Shown here one piece after another: positions 21,197 through 32,411 of a DNA stretch of 64,000 nt. This DNA is from Diplonema japonicum (Eukaryota; Protista; Euglenozoa: Diplonemea), in contig OZ025657.1 in assembly GCA_964019335.1 (NCBI GenBank), positions 496,001 to 560,000 on the forward strand, given 5' to 3'. Below the pieces are notes generated by a model. That model had not been told where the DNA came from, made no database searches, and saw only the letters and a program-made list of their open reading frames with translations. Position numbers and translations under genes: made by a program. Each line of letters opens with the position of its first letter. Position 1 is the first letter of the stretch.

Positions 21197-23428
21197 CTAC
21201 TTCTTGGGTTCTGGGATAACGTTCTGTTGTTGAAGGAGCTCCTTGGCAACGGTGAGGATGTGCTTGAATCTGTCGGGGCCAAGGTGGATGCCGCCGTACC
21301 AGCGCGTAACAACCACAATGTAGTTCTGGACATTGGCTCGCTGCAGGAAGAAGAGCAGCTTGTCGGCAGCACCGGACTCTCCATCGTCGTCTCGCTCTTC
21401 GCGCACCTTCCCTTTCTCATCGACTACTCTGTACGCATAGATAGTAGGGTGTGCTGCCACAGCAATCCTCTTAATACTCTGCAGCGACCTCACCACCATC
21501 ATCGCCTCCTCTGCGCTCTTCACTGCAGCGCAGTGTGCGACGAACTTCGACTTCCTGTCCACTAAAGGAGGACCCTCGATAAGGTTCAAACCCGGGGGCA
21601 AGACCTCTTCATCTACCGGCAACAGGTTGTTGCTGTACTCCACACTGCTGCTCCCCTCGGACTGCAAATTCAAACTTGCAAGTTGCACCGTAAGTTGCTC
21701 CTCAAAACATTCGTTCACCCAATCTATACACGAATACACAATAGGTTCCCCAGGACAGTAGTCGGCAAGCACAGCCTGTTCCAAACCGTTTTTAATATGG
21801 TAGCCAAGCACTGCAAATGACGAGGCTACTCCGCAGCTCGAGTCTGTGTTGAATTCAATTAAAGGCGGCACGTCAGGGTAGGCTTTGGGGTAGCTGAAGG
21901 ACATTAGAATGGAAGCTTCTTTGTCATTCTCGCCGTAAGTTGTCTTGATTCTTATCGTCCACGTGGTGGGCTGCGTGGGGTGTGGAGTTAGCTCGTCGCC
22001 GTACACGGCCAACAGTGTGTCGACCTCTTCTTGTATTTCTTCTGTGATGGGAGACGCTTCACGCATTGTGGGCGTTTTACTTTCGATGACAACAGGGATC
22101 TTTTCGATAACCTTATAATCTACGTTGTTCTCTTTGCACACTCTTTCAAGGTTTGCCAGTCCCTTGGCGTGTACGTCTTTCGGTATCTTCACGCGCTTCT
22201 TCAACTCTGCGAAGGAGAGCTTTTCGTCTCCCTCGTTGTACTCAATAGTAGTGACGACACCTGCCTCATTGTCGCCATAGTGGCACATCAAACCGCCTCT
22301 CGTGTGTGGGTTGAACTTCAGTGACATTCCAGATTTGTCGGAGAATTCAACTGCGAATTTTTGTTTTATGGCAACGGAGGGCTCGATGGTGCCTCCTCTG
22401 CCGCCCCTACCTCTGCCTCTGCCTCTTCCCCTGCCAGGTGTTTCACTCACGTCTCGGTCTAGAGCTGTTCCTTGCGGTTCTTGCTGACTTTGCCGGGCGG
22501 ATTTATTTTCTAACAGCAGAATCTTCTCTTGGTTTTTGCTGCCGTGGACGAAGATGATGCTGAACGCAGTTGGTTGTGCTGAGGGCTCGAAGGCAGGCTG
22601 CTCTTCGGGCTGTGTCGCGGTATTGCTGGAGACACCAAAGTCTCCGAGAGCCAGCTTTCTTTTATGAACTTTCGCTCTGTGGAGCTTGAGCCTCTCCTCG
22701 GATGAAAAAACAGCTTTGGCAGGGTCGTACCCAGGCTTAGAGGCTCCTTCCGCATGGCAGTCGTCGCAGTAGTGATGATGCTTGCGATAATGTTCAGCGA
22801 TTTTTTGAATGTCTTTGTACACTGTTATGGAGGTGACTGTGCTGCTGCCAGCAGAGTCGCAGAGGAGGCAGTTGTAGTGGTTTAGTGTGACATGTTCGTA
22901 CAGAGCACCGTTGTCATAGCAGGGTGTGGAACAGAACCGACAGAGCGGGTGGCCAAGAAAATTCGATGGGTCTATGTGGCAGTCCTCTTCTACGGACTCA
23001 TGAAGCTTGAGCTCACTGGAAGTGTAGAGAGGGTGTTCATGGATAAACATCTGTTTTCTCCCCGTGATGCAAACCCTGCAAGGTGCTTTGTCGTGTTCTT
23101 CCTTACAGTGCCGCAACATCCCTTTTAACCCGCCGGTTGGCTTCCAATTGCACATGGTACACTTTGCAATCTTCAGTTTCGCAACTTTCTCTGCCAAGCC
23201 TTTACCTTCGCATAGCACGCCATTCCATCCTTGAGCCGGGTGTTTTTCTCCCCCTCCCGATGCCGTTCCGGTGTATAACCTCACTGTTTCAGAAGATCTT
23301 TTACACATTACACATTCTGAGGAAGATAGTCTCAGCCTCAAGACGCATAAATAGCAAGCTTTATGCCCGCACTCCCACTCCCCCCACTCCTTTACATTCT
23401 CTTCGCAGCATATCAGGCAGTCGGTCAT
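21197..23428 (-). CDS. ZNF598/Hel2-like RING + C2H2 protein fused to IMPACT/Yih1 (RWD + UPF0029)
   Basis: CLICC..CGHKACYLCVLRLR..CVMC; FLGHPLCRFC; RGG patch; RWD 'EEVDTLLAVYGD..YPKAYPDVPP'; UPF0029 'DRKSKFVAH..DDDGESGAA..VVVTRWYGGIHLGPDRFKHI'. Confidence 0.9.
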   Translation of the reverse strand: MTDCLICCEENVKEWGEWECGHKACYLCVLRLRLSSSECVMCKRSSETVRLYTGTASGGGEKHPAQGWNGVLCEGKGLAEKVAKLKIAKCTMCNWKPTGGLKGMLRHCKEEHDKAPCRVCITGRKQMFIHEHPLYTSSELKLHESVEEDCHIDPSNFLGHPLCRFCSTPCYDNGALYEHVTLNHYNCLLCDSAGSSTVTSITVYKDIQKIAEHYRKHHHYCDDCHAEGASKPGYDPAKAVFSSEERLKLHRAKVHKRKLALGDFGVSSNTATQPEEQPAFEPSAQPTAFSIIFVHGSKNQEKILLLENKSARQSQQEPQGTALDRDVSETPGRGRGRGRGRGGRGGTIEPSVAIKQKFAVEFSDKSGMSLKFNPHTRGGLMCHYGDNEAGVVTTIEYNEGDEKLSFAELKKRVKIPKDVHAKGLANLERVCKENNVDYKVIEKIPVVIESKTPTMREASPITEEIQEEVDTLLAVYGDELTPHPTQPTTWTIRIKTTYGENDKEASILMSFSYPKAYPDVPPLIEFNTDSSCGVASSFAVLGYHIKNGLEQAVLADYCPGEPIVYSCIDWVNECFEEQLTVQLASLNLQSEGSSSVEYSNNLLPVDEEVLPPGLNLIEGPPLVDRKSKFVAHCAAVKSAEEAMMVVRSLQSIKRIAVAAHPTIYAYRVVDEKGKVREERDDDGESGAADKLLFFLQRANVQNYIVVVTRWYGGIHLGPDRFKHILTVAKELLQQQNVIPEPKK

Positions 23429-23658
23429 TTTATTTCCCTCTTTTTTTAAAAGATTGGCCTTAAAATGTTGCCCCAAATTCGAAAAAAAGGTGTTCAAACC
23501 GAACTTGAACCGAAGACCCGGTATTCGACCAGAGGGACAAGTTCAGGAACAGTTAGAAAAGAACAATTCTCATGAGAAACTGTATAAACTGAATAACGGG
23601 TGCATCAAAAAATGCACAGGAGAAAAAAATAGAAGAGAGAAAAATCCTTGAAGAATCT

Positions 23659-23991
23659 TTATTTTGGTCCCATAAGCAGCTCTTTTGCCTCGTTTATTTT
23701 TCTCGACAAATACGGCGACCCTCCCTGATCTGCGTGGTTCCGCATCATCAGCGCACGGTGCGTTTTTTTGATTTCGTCCTTGCTTGCCCCCTCCGAGAGC
23801 CCTAAGATCAATCGCGCTTCGCTCACTGTCATTTTATCGTCGAAAGCCCCCAAGTGGTTCATGAACTCTCTTGCATCCCCTTTTGCGTAATTCGTCCCTG
23901 TTGTATTCATTCTCTGATACACTTTCAACCCAACCCGTGTCGCATAGAGACCAGACACAGTGGCAAGACCAACAGCTAATAGGTGTGACAT
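23659..23991 (-). CDS. PAM18: Pam18/Tim14-like mitochondrial J-domain protein (HAD in place of HPD)
   Basis: '[45 protein letters not shown]'. Confidence 0.88.
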   Translation of the reverse strand: MSHLLAVGLATVSGLYATRVGLKVYQRMNTTGTNYAKGDAREFMNHLGAFDDKMTVSEARLILGLSEGASKDEIKKTHRALMMRNHADQGGSPYLSRKINEAKELLMGPK

Positions 23992-24117
23992 ATTTTCTTT
24001 TTTTTTTTTTTTTTTTTCCGTTCACCTCTTTTTTAGCATGAGAAGGGCGACATGGCCAGAAAATGGGGGGAATGAAAGTAATTAAGGGGCGGGGAAGAGA
24101 GAGAAATAAAATTAATA

Positions 24118-26244
24118 CTAATCACTGCTGCCAGCCTCGCTGTCTTCTTTTTTCCGATGCCGGCGAACTCGTTTCCGGACATGGTGCTTCTTCTTCGGGG
24201 CGGGGGTGTCGTCAGGATCATCGTCATCTTCGTGCTTGCTGGCTTCCGAGCGTCGCGACGTTCGGTGGGAAGAACCACTGCTGCCATCAGAGGTCCGGTA
24301 CGGGGTAAGGATTTTCCCGTTGCTGTTGAGGTTTGTGGGTTCGCCACTTCCGACGGTTCGAGAATACTTTCGGAAGCGTTCCTCAAGGCTGAGGTGGAGG
24401 TCCCTTTCACGAGTCTCCCTCACGTCATCAGGCCATTCATCTAACGGGTCCCTCTTACGAATCTTCATTGGGTGCGCCTCCGTGTTCAACACCCACTCCG
24501 ACAAGTCCAAAGCATCGTCGTCAGAGAACAGCAAAAACAAGTACTTCAATGTCTCTGCCAGCCAAAACGACTGCTGCAGGTCGTCCTGTTGAGGTGGAGT
24601 GAACCCGATGTTTCTCAACCCTGTGTACCCGCCATTGGGGACTCTGCACCACCGTTTCAACGCCATGAAGACGGTCCATCCCCACTCGCGATACTTCTCC
24701 TTCTTCGTTATCCTCCAAAGGTAGAAGAACGACTCCACCGTCTCGGGTCGCAGAAGGTAGTAGCTGGCACGGCCTCCGATAAACATCTCCCCTTCACGGA
24801 ACTCAACCATCTCTGGTGCTACTCCTGTCACGGTTTTGTGGTACATTTCATAACACGTTTCTGTGATCTCTTCTGCCGCCTGAAGCACAGCGTCCCTCTC
24901 CTCCCCCTTCCCGCCGTCCCTCTCCAGCTCCGTTACACCCAACGCTAACATCCCACCTGCAAAGCACGCCAGGTGATCCATCTTGTGGTAGAACCCGCCT
25001 CTTTTGTACTCTGCCAGATATGACAGCCCGTTTTTTGTTTTGTGCACCAGTTTCTTCATGATCCCCTTTGCAGCCTTTTCGTACATCTTTCGGTATCGTG
25101 TCTCTGTCTTCCCGGTAAGGAGGTATTGTTTCAGAAGATACTCGAAGAAGGAGTCCCCCAAGGCACCCAACGTAACGTGGTCGGACGTCCACTTCGCCGA
25201 AAGGGTGTTGAGGTATGTGGGGCAGAGGTAGTCATGCGGCGCGACTGACTCGATGATGTCCATGATCCATGTAGCACGCTGGTCGTATGTTGCGTCTTTG
25301 GTGTGGTGTGACAGCGTGCGTAGCTCAAGCTGCACAGTCCCAAACTCTGACAAGACAGATGAGCCTGCTGTCCATGGCGGGGAACCGTGAGCACGTGTTG
25401 CGAAATTAATCGATGCATGAGGTATCCCCGACGATGTGTTATAGGCGTGCAGAACACGGTCAGCCACTGCCCTTGCTGTTTTGAGCAGAACAGGGTATTT
25501 TTCACCGCTGAGTTCGTAAGCAGAGAGCCCTCCGCCAACCATACGGATGACAGACTCAAAGGCAGACATTGTGAAGTCAAGGTCAGGGTCGAACTCCTCT
25601 TCTAACCATTTCATGCCTTCTTGGAACTCATCCTTGAGCCCCATCAGCCACAGTGTGGACAGGGCGTCGTGTATTGTCAGGCCGAACGACTTCTGAACGC
25701 CCTTCGCCCAGTTCTTGCCTCTCTTCGAGAGCGGCATCAGCTCGTCCCAGCCCCATGCATACTGCCGGTATCCCCGCCATGAATGTCGCATGGCCTCAAC
25801 CACTTCGTTCCGTCTGCAATCCTCGTCGTCAGATTCGCTGCACGGGTCGGGTAGTGGGGCAGCACTCTGTGCTGCACCCTCGTAGGACGACACAGGCTCT
25901 TGGCGTGGTTTGCCGCACCCTTTTTCTTTTAGCAAGTCTTCTAGTTTCTTATACTTTTCTGTCCGTGCGTCCTTCACCTTGCTCAGTGCATTATTCGCGC
26001 ACTTCGTCACCTCCTTCCGCCGTTTTTTAACATCTTTTGCCAAATCGTCTGTTGTGTAGCTTTCATCTTTCTTTGCCGCCTCTCTCTTCTCTTCTATCAA
26101 ATTGTTTAGGTCCTCAATCACCGTCCCCAGACTCTCCGTCATCATCTCTAGCTTCTTCCCCAATCCGTACGTCTCTGCTCTCAAGAGGGTGAGGTCCTCG
26201 CACGTAACAGCGGTCACTATCATGAGAAGCACATAGCGGTACAT
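24118..26244 (-). CDS. Class I alpha-1,2-mannosidase (GH47)
   Basis: HSWRGYRQYAWGWDEL, GALGDSFFEYLLK, MDHLACF, LRPETVES, SFWLAETLKY and NTEAHP motifs; signal/anchor after ATG 26244. Confidence 0.95.
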   Translation of the reverse strand: MYRYVLLMIVTAVTCEDLTLLRAETYGLGKKLEMMTESLGTVIEDLNNLIEEKREAAKKDESYTTDDLAKDVKKRRKEVTKCANNALSKVKDARTEKYKKLEDLLKEKGCGKPRQEPVSSYEGAAQSAAPLPDPCSESDDEDCRRNEVVEAMRHSWRGYRQYAWGWDELMPLSKRGKNWAKGVQKSFGLTIHDALSTLWLMGLKDEFQEGMKWLEEEFDPDLDFTMSAFESVIRMVGGGLSAYELSGEKYPVLLKTARAVADRVLHAYNTSSGIPHASINFATRAHGSPPWTAGSSVLSEFGTVQLELRTLSHHTKDATYDQRATWIMDIIESVAPHDYLCPTYLNTLSAKWTSDHVTLGALGDSFFEYLLKQYLLTGKTETRYRKMYEKAAKGIMKKLVHKTKNGLSYLAEYKRGGFYHKMDHLACFAGGMLALGVTELERDGGKGEERDAVLQAAEEITETCYEMYHKTVTGVAPEMVEFREGEMFIGGRASYYLLRPETVESFFYLWRITKKEKYREWGWTVFMALKRWCRVPNGGYTGLRNIGFTPPQQDDLQQSFWLAETLKYLFLLFSDDDALDLSEWVLNTEAHPMKIRKRDPLDEWPDDVRETRERDLHLSLEERFRKYSRTVGSGEPTNLNSNGKILTPYRTSDGSSGSSHRTSRRSEASKHEDDDDPDDTPAPKKKHHVRKRVRRHRKKEDSEAGSSD

Positions 26245-26299
26245 CTTAGGACCTGTGACAAGGGTTTCTGTCGACGCAAAGGTAATAACGAGATAATCA

Positions 26300-28128
26300 C
26301 TACCACGAAGCGCTAGCAGATCGCATCTTTGCTTGCTGCACTGATAAATCAGATAACGAGTCAATGGCCTCTGACACGGTTTGCATCAAATGTGGCGCGG
26401 GAACGTCAGCCAATGCAGCCGAATTGGTAACCTTTTTTTTATTTTTATACTTCTTCTTTTTTTTGCAAGTGCCAATGCGCATACCATCTTTTGCAAATCA
26501 GACTTCAGCCCGCAGTACGCAACTTGTGCCTTGCTCTCACCTTTGATGGCTGTGACAGACTCAGTCAGTGCGGCCAGTGCAGTGGTGTCTATGTTGGTGA
26601 CATGAGTCATGTCAAGGACAACGTGACAGGTCTCAGCACCACGTTTCTGCTGCTCAGCTACAAACCCTTGGAGGCGTGCCTTCAGCACATTTGCACCGCC
26701 ACCGTGCAAAATCCCGCTAATGCTGACCACCAATACATCTGTATCAAGCACAGCATCGGGCGACCCATTGACAGGAACGTACACCACTGTCTGTCCGCGG
26801 GTCAACTTCCCCAACCTCTCCAGTTGTGGCTGCGAGCTGTCTTTTACAATAAGAATAATGCTGAAAGCAACGGCGGTCAGCAGACCAACGTTAACAGAGT
26901 ATAATGTGCCAATGAAGGCAATCACCCACAAAGCGGCATCACGCTTGTACAGGCTGATCAAACGGGTCAAATCTGACACCTTAATGAGCCCCCACACAGC
27001 GTGAATCACAATCGCCGAGAGAACACCTTTCGGTAAGAAATAAAATAACGGGGTGAGGAAGAGAAGCGTTACACCGACAACGACAGAGGCAAACACAGCA
27101 GCGGCCTGCGATTTGGCACCTGTTTCAGACGCCACGGCCGACCTGGAGAAGGCACCTGCCGAGGCATAAGCGTTGAATAGGGAGCCCGCGATGTTCGAGC
27201 ACCCCACGGCGACCAGTTCTTTATTCGCATCGATCTCGTATCCGTTTCTGTGTGCAAGCGTCTTCGCCACCGCAATGCTTTCCATGAAAGAAATGAACCC
27301 GATGGCCAAACCCGAGCTCATGATCGTCGGCAGCACACTGCGCATTCCAATCACACCCCACAGATCTGTGAGACCAGGCAAGCCATTTGGAACAGAACCA
27401 ATGATCTTCACGCCCTTGCCATCTAAGCGCAGAAGGTACGTCACGGCAGTACCGAAACAAACGACGAAGAGGGGGCCTGCCGCCTTCAATGCAGGGAACC
27501 GCTCGGAATGCTTTGTGGACATGCTTTTCGCACCCCACAGACACAAGATGAATATTACTCCAAGCCCCAGCGAGTATGTGTCGAACCCTTCACCCGTAAC
27601 TTTTGATACGAGCCTCACTGCTGTGTGAACTGTTGTGGCACCGGACTTGACAGTTATGCCGAAGATGTGCTGTGACTGTGCCACGATGACAACAACAGAC
27701 GCGCCTGCAGTAAAGCCTGATATGATGGGCAGGGTCGCGAATGAGACAAGAGCACCCATCTTCAGCATCCCCATCAATATCTGGAACAGCCCTCCCACCA
27801 TCGCCAACATCACACTTACAAGCACTTTATCAGCCGGTGACGTAACACCGGAGTTTTTTATTGCTGTTGCAGTGATCAACGACACCATGCTAACAGGCCC
27901 CACATGCATCTGCCTGCTGTCACCCATGAGAGCGTACACTACAGCCGGCACCAGTGCTGTGTACAGCCCATGTATGGGGGGCAGATCAGCAAGCATCGCA
28001 TACGCCATACTTTGAGGAATGGCCATGACACCCACTGTGACACCTGCAAGGATATCTTGCTTATCCACGCTTGGGATCCATCCTGCTTTTTCCTCTTGTA
28101 TGACCTGTGACTCAATGTCTTTCTTCAT
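26300..28128 (-). CDS. SulP/SLC26 sulfate/anion transporter with STAS domain, one intron (26432-26484)
   Basis: DILAGVTVGVMAIPQSMAYA, SRSAV, STAS 'LDMTHVTNIDTT'. Splicing restores the tail VTNSAALADV..QTVSEAI. Confidence 0.92.
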
Positions 28129-28230
28129 GTTTAGAGCACGCAACTGTGAGACTTGTTGTTCTGGGACAGGGGGTAACGACAATGACCAAGAAGTACATAA
28201 AATAGCTTTCTTGTAAAAGAAAGCAGCTTG

Positions 28231-29796
28231 TCACCGTCTTGTAATGCGCAGCATAAGCAGCGTGAATTCGTCCAAAGAGACGTCCATCGAAGTGTCGCGC
28301 TGGATACCATCGAGGATGCGACCTGCGTCCTCACGCGGAACGCCGAAGTTGTCAAATGAATTGTAAATATCTATGACAGTCTTCCTGGGTAGGTATCCTG
28401 TCCTGTAAGTGTCGTGCATGGCAAACAATGATGATAACTCTTGGTCGTTGCACAAGATGCCTGACGACTGCCCGGCGCCCATCTGCACAGGAGGGTCAGG
28501 GAGGAGCCTCGGTACCATTGTCCACGAGAGCAGCAGCGTGCCCTCTCCACCTGTCTGTTTCTTAAACATCACCACATCGTTTCTCCTCGACTTCTGCGGG
28601 TGCAGTGCCATCCACGTGCTGCCCTTCGAGTCCGGACGCATCGAGAGGTCAATGCTGCACTTCCCTAAAAATGTACAATCTGCTTCATGCGATTCATCAC
28701 GCACAGTGAAGTCTACCACATACTCCCGTGTAGGCAGCTCCAAATGTATCATCTCATTCCAGTTCGCCTCACCCATTGTGAGTGTCCTTCCCTCCACGAT
28801 GGGCCGCATGGTGTCCTGCACCTGGCTCACCCTGTATGAAACGTAGAGTTCGCTCTTCCTTGTTGAGGGGAGGGTTAAATTCTTGGCTTCGAGGATGGTG
28901 AGGACCACGGCTTGCGTTTTTTTTAGTTTCTTGTACAAGGAACTGAGGACATCGGACGTTCCAGCACCGAGCTTCAGAGCGTCGCAGAGGTCGGTCTCTG
29001 CCTCTGAGTACATCCCCAGTGCGTAGCATAGGGTGGAACGTGTCTCGAGAGCCTCGGTGTTGTCGGGGCACAGCTCGAGGGCTTTGCCCACATCAACGAG
29101 GAACTTGTCGACGTGGTTCATTAGCCCGGAGACCTTCCCACGTGCGAACAACAAGGAGGACAGCTGCTGCTCATCGATTGTAGCTCGGACCATGCACACC
29201 CCGATGGCTTGCGTGAGGTCGTCGTAAGCGTTGCGGTAGTCCTTCAGTGCCATCCACGCGTTGCTGCGACCCACAAGTGCTTGTATCTTGCCTTGTGCCG
29301 TCGCTGAGGGTATCACTGACGTGAAGTCGTCGATGGCGGCTTCATAGAATGCTAGAGCAAGCCTTGCGTCACCCCTCAGGTACAAAACCTCTGTGGTGTT
29401 GTGTGCAATGTGCAGTGCGTTTGTAAAGTCATCGACAGCGCTCTCCATGTAGAGCTTCTTCTTCCCGCTCCCGACCAGCGTGTCGGCAAGAGCCTTGTAC
29501 AAGATGCCCCGTTGTTGGTACCATTCCGCCTTTGCGAGCTGTCCTTTGTCGCCCATGCTGAGCGCCTTGTTGTAGTCGTTGAGTGCCATGTGCAGGTTGC
29601 TGGTGAAGACATCCTTGTCGTCTTTGTGTTGTGCAAGAAATGCTTTTGCTTTGTAGGCTTTTCCTCTTTTTGCAAGCTCTGGTTGCCCCTGTGTCAGTTT
29701 CACCTCCTCCGTACATCTTTCAATCTCGAGATCGACACTCTGGTAGTCTGGGTTCAGCGAGGGCTGCAGCAAACCATGGAGCTTGTGCTTCGTCAT
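28231..29796 (-). CDS. TPR-repeat + C2 + EF-hand protein
   Basis: Multiple TPRs (LRGDARLALAFYEAAIDDFT), C2 (LTILEAKNL..FLGKCSIDL), EF-like 'HDTYRTGYL..VSLDEF'. Start codon uncertain. Confidence 0.85.
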   Translation of the reverse strand: MTKHKLHGLLQPSLNPDYQSVDLEIERCTEEVKLTQGQPELAKRGKAYKAKAFLAQHKDDKDVFTSNLHMALNDYNKALSMGDKGQLAKAEWYQQRGILYKALADTLVGSGKKKLYMESAVDDFTNALHIAHNTTEVLYLRGDARLALAFYEAAIDDFTSVIPSATAQGKIQALVGRSNAWMALKDYRNAYDDLTQAIGVCMVRATIDEQQLSSLLFARGKVSGLMNHVDKFLVDVGKALELCPDNTEALETRSTLCYALGMYSEAETDLCDALKLGAGTSDVLSSLYKKLKKTQAVVLTILEAKNLTLPSTRKSELYVSYRVSQVQDTMRPIVEGRTLTMGEANWNEMIHLELPTREYVVDFTVRDESHEADCTFLGKCSIDLSMRPDSKGSTWMALHPQKSRRNDVVMFKKQTGGEGTLLLSWTMVPRLLPDPPVQMGAGQSSGILCNDQELSSLFAMHDTYRTGYLPRKTVIDIYNSFDNFGVPREDAGRILDGIQRDTSMDVSLDEFTLLMLRITRR

Positions 29797-30635
29797 GAGA
29801 CAGTGGGTCCTGTACATGAAGTGAGTCGCACAAAAAAGAAGTAAAAAAAAGTATGGTAAAACTTGTCGTTTTTGGTTTTTTTCGCTCGAGCAAAGGTGAA
29901 AAAGCAAAAGCCTGCAGCAAGTCCTTACTCGGCGCAAAAGAGTACAAGTTTATCACATTGTTTTTGTCTTTTTTTTTTCTTCCTCTTTTTTTTTTATTTT
30001 ATTTTTTAAAAGATTACTAACTCAGTAAGGGCACGTCACAAACCCTTTCCAACACCCCCTCGCCTACGTTATGGCTATTGATGAAAAGGAAAACGAAGAG
30101 AGAGAAAAAAGAAATAGAGGGGAAAAAAAAAAAGAAATAAAAGAAGAAAACTGACACACAACTCACGGTTACAAGGATGACTGCCTTGCCATGCACCCCA
30201 CCAGCTGTACTGAATGGTGGCGTTCAGAGGAGGGGTTCAGACACGGCACTATCTCGATATATTCATCTTTCCCCTTTTTTTTAAAGAGGAATATCAGCAA
30301 TGCAAAAAAAAAAAAAAAAAAAAAAAAAAGAAGAAGAAACAAGATTGAAAAATTTTAAAAAAAAGAAAAAAAGAACAAGATTATAAAAGAAGAAGACAAA
30401 CAAAAAAAAATTTAAAAGATAGATAACAAAAAAGAAACCGTAATTACTTTATTCACAAAAGATAACACGAAAGGGGGAAGGCGGAGGATGCAAGTTCGTT
30501 TGGACTCTTGTGTCGCCTCAAAAAAAAAAAGGTGTAGTTCTTTTTCTTCAACTTTTTTTTCTCTCTCTTCGCTACAAGTCATCACAGCTGAACAATAAGG
30601 GCTATTACGAAAAAAAAAATAAAAATAAAACAATT

Positions 30636-32156
30636 TTAGTACTCTATCGGAGGAGGGGAATCAGGAGGGCTGATAAGATTCCAAATCACAAGAGCAGAGA
30701 AAGAAGGGATGCACACAATACCGGAAGCGAAGAACACGAGGCACGATATTCGCATAAGACGGGAAATGGGTTTGTTGACGAAATGAGCAATTCTGATATA
30801 GAAAAGAGGGGGCAAGATGACCATCATGACCGTAGATGTGGTGGCTCCCAGCAACCCGAGAACCTGCGTGACGTGAGGGTAGGCTACAGCAACGACAGAC
30901 ATGGTTGAGAGAAGCACTGCCACGACAGAAATCCTTCTCACCATGTTGACCTTTGTGGGTTCCTCGTAGGCGTCTCCTTCTTCTTTTCTTTTATACGCCT
31001 CTAGCATATCCTCCACCATGTTCCTCGCTTCAAATAAGTACACGGGTGCTGTAAAGATCAACGCAACTGCGAACAGAACCTTCGAGATATCCGTCAACGC
31101 CCCGCTCACGTTGCTTAGGTTGTTGAACACGTCCTGTTCCGTCCCCAACGCGAACGCCCAGTACCCTGCGAAACCCGTCAGGAAGTAGAAACTGAACGAG
31201 ATGAACAGTGAGACTGACGACACGACTGCTACCCTCTTCGGCGTTCTTCTTTGCAGCTCACTGTACACCCTGATAAAGTTAAACTGCCCCATATACGAGA
31301 AGATAAACACTGGCAACACCGCAATACCATGCATCCCCAAACTGTTCTTCTTCAAATCGTCGAACGGTCTGTCATAATGCAAACCCCAGTACCATAGGCA
31401 TGCTGCCATCATTGCAATACCGAAAATACCCAAGTACGATGTGTGCCTCAGGGCGTTCAGCGAGTCAAGACAGCAAAACGGGAAGATGAGTACTGCTAAC
31501 AAGCCTACCAGCACTGATGAGGTGCCGAGGACAGGGACGTCATCCACGTAGCTGATGAGGATATCGTGCAAAGCGATAAGGAGGGAAATGGTCCCACCCC
31601 AGATTACTATGAGGAAGAGAGTTAGAATAGACCACTGGGCTTTGCTTCCAAAAGCGAGGACGCCGAGAGTGAGATAGTCGGCCTTTTCAACTAAGGATGG
31701 ACCGCCGCCTCCGTAGGGGCCCAAAGCGAGTTCCGTTGCATGAGCGAGACACATGTTAGCAAAATGGGATGGAACTGCGAAAATAGCTAGAAAGATGAAA
31801 TAGTTCCAGACCCCTACCTCGGAGCATATATACGGCATCGACACCAAACCGATCCCTAAGATAGACTTCACCAAAGCTACAATACTGGACGGGATTGTTG
31901 CAGCACCTTCGTCTTCCTCGTCATCTTCTTCCAGTGAATTCACGTTCCTGTAGTCCCAGGACTGCTTGGTGCTCGTGCTCCGTCCCCTATACTCAATCAC
32001 GATACTGTCCCCTTCGCTGTCGATGTCCACAATCGGTTGTGCAGTGGCGGGCAATCTGCCAAACATCGGGCTGTAATCGTATGTTGCTTTTCCCCTCCAG
32101 CTACTCGCATCAGAGATCGTCCCCATCGACACACGGCAATCCATTCGCGGCGGCAT
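30636..32156 (-). CDS. Amino acid transporter, AAAP/SLC38 (Aa_trans) family
   Basis: LVKSILGIGLVSMPY, LPVFIFSYMGQFN, GLLGAT; about 11 hydrophobic segments. Confidence 0.92.
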   Translation of the reverse strand: MPPRMDCRVSMGTISDASSWRGKATYDYSPMFGRLPATAQPIVDIDSEGDSIVIEYRGRSTSTKQSWDYRNVNSLEEDDEEDEGAATIPSSIVALVKSILGIGLVSMPYICSEVGVWNYFIFLAIFAVPSHFANMCLAHATELALGPYGGGGPSLVEKADYLTLGVLAFGSKAQWSILTLFLIVIWGGTISLLIALHDILISYVDDVPVLGTSSVLVGLLAVLIFPFCCLDSLNALRHTSYLGIFGIAMMAACLWYWGLHYDRPFDDLKKNSLGMHGIAVLPVFIFSYMGQFNFIRVYSELQRRTPKRVAVVSSVSLFISFSFYFLTGFAGYWAFALGTEQDVFNNLSNVSGALTDISKVLFAVALIFTAPVYLFEARNMVEDMLEAYKRKEEGDAYEEPTKVNMVRRISVVAVLLSTMSVVAVAYPHVTQVLGLLGATTSTVMMVILPPLFYIRIAHFVNKPISRLMRISCLVFFASGIVCIPSFSALVIWNLISPPDSPPPIEY

Positions 32157-32411
32157 TTCCCCTCCTTTTTTGTTTGATACACCCCCGCTGCAGTCAAACT
32201 TGTGGGTTGGTGGAGGCAAAGAAAAAAGGGGATGAAAACAAAAAGAACACCATAGTACCACTCAAGTTACCATGATCAACAAAGCTAAGAAAAAGCGGTG
32301 CGGCGAGAAGAGAAAATTTCTCTCGCAAAGAAAATAGTGAGCTACAATTCTGGGATGGTGAAATGCAAGAGGATGTATGGATAGGAAGACATCTAGACAA
32401 CTTATACCGGG

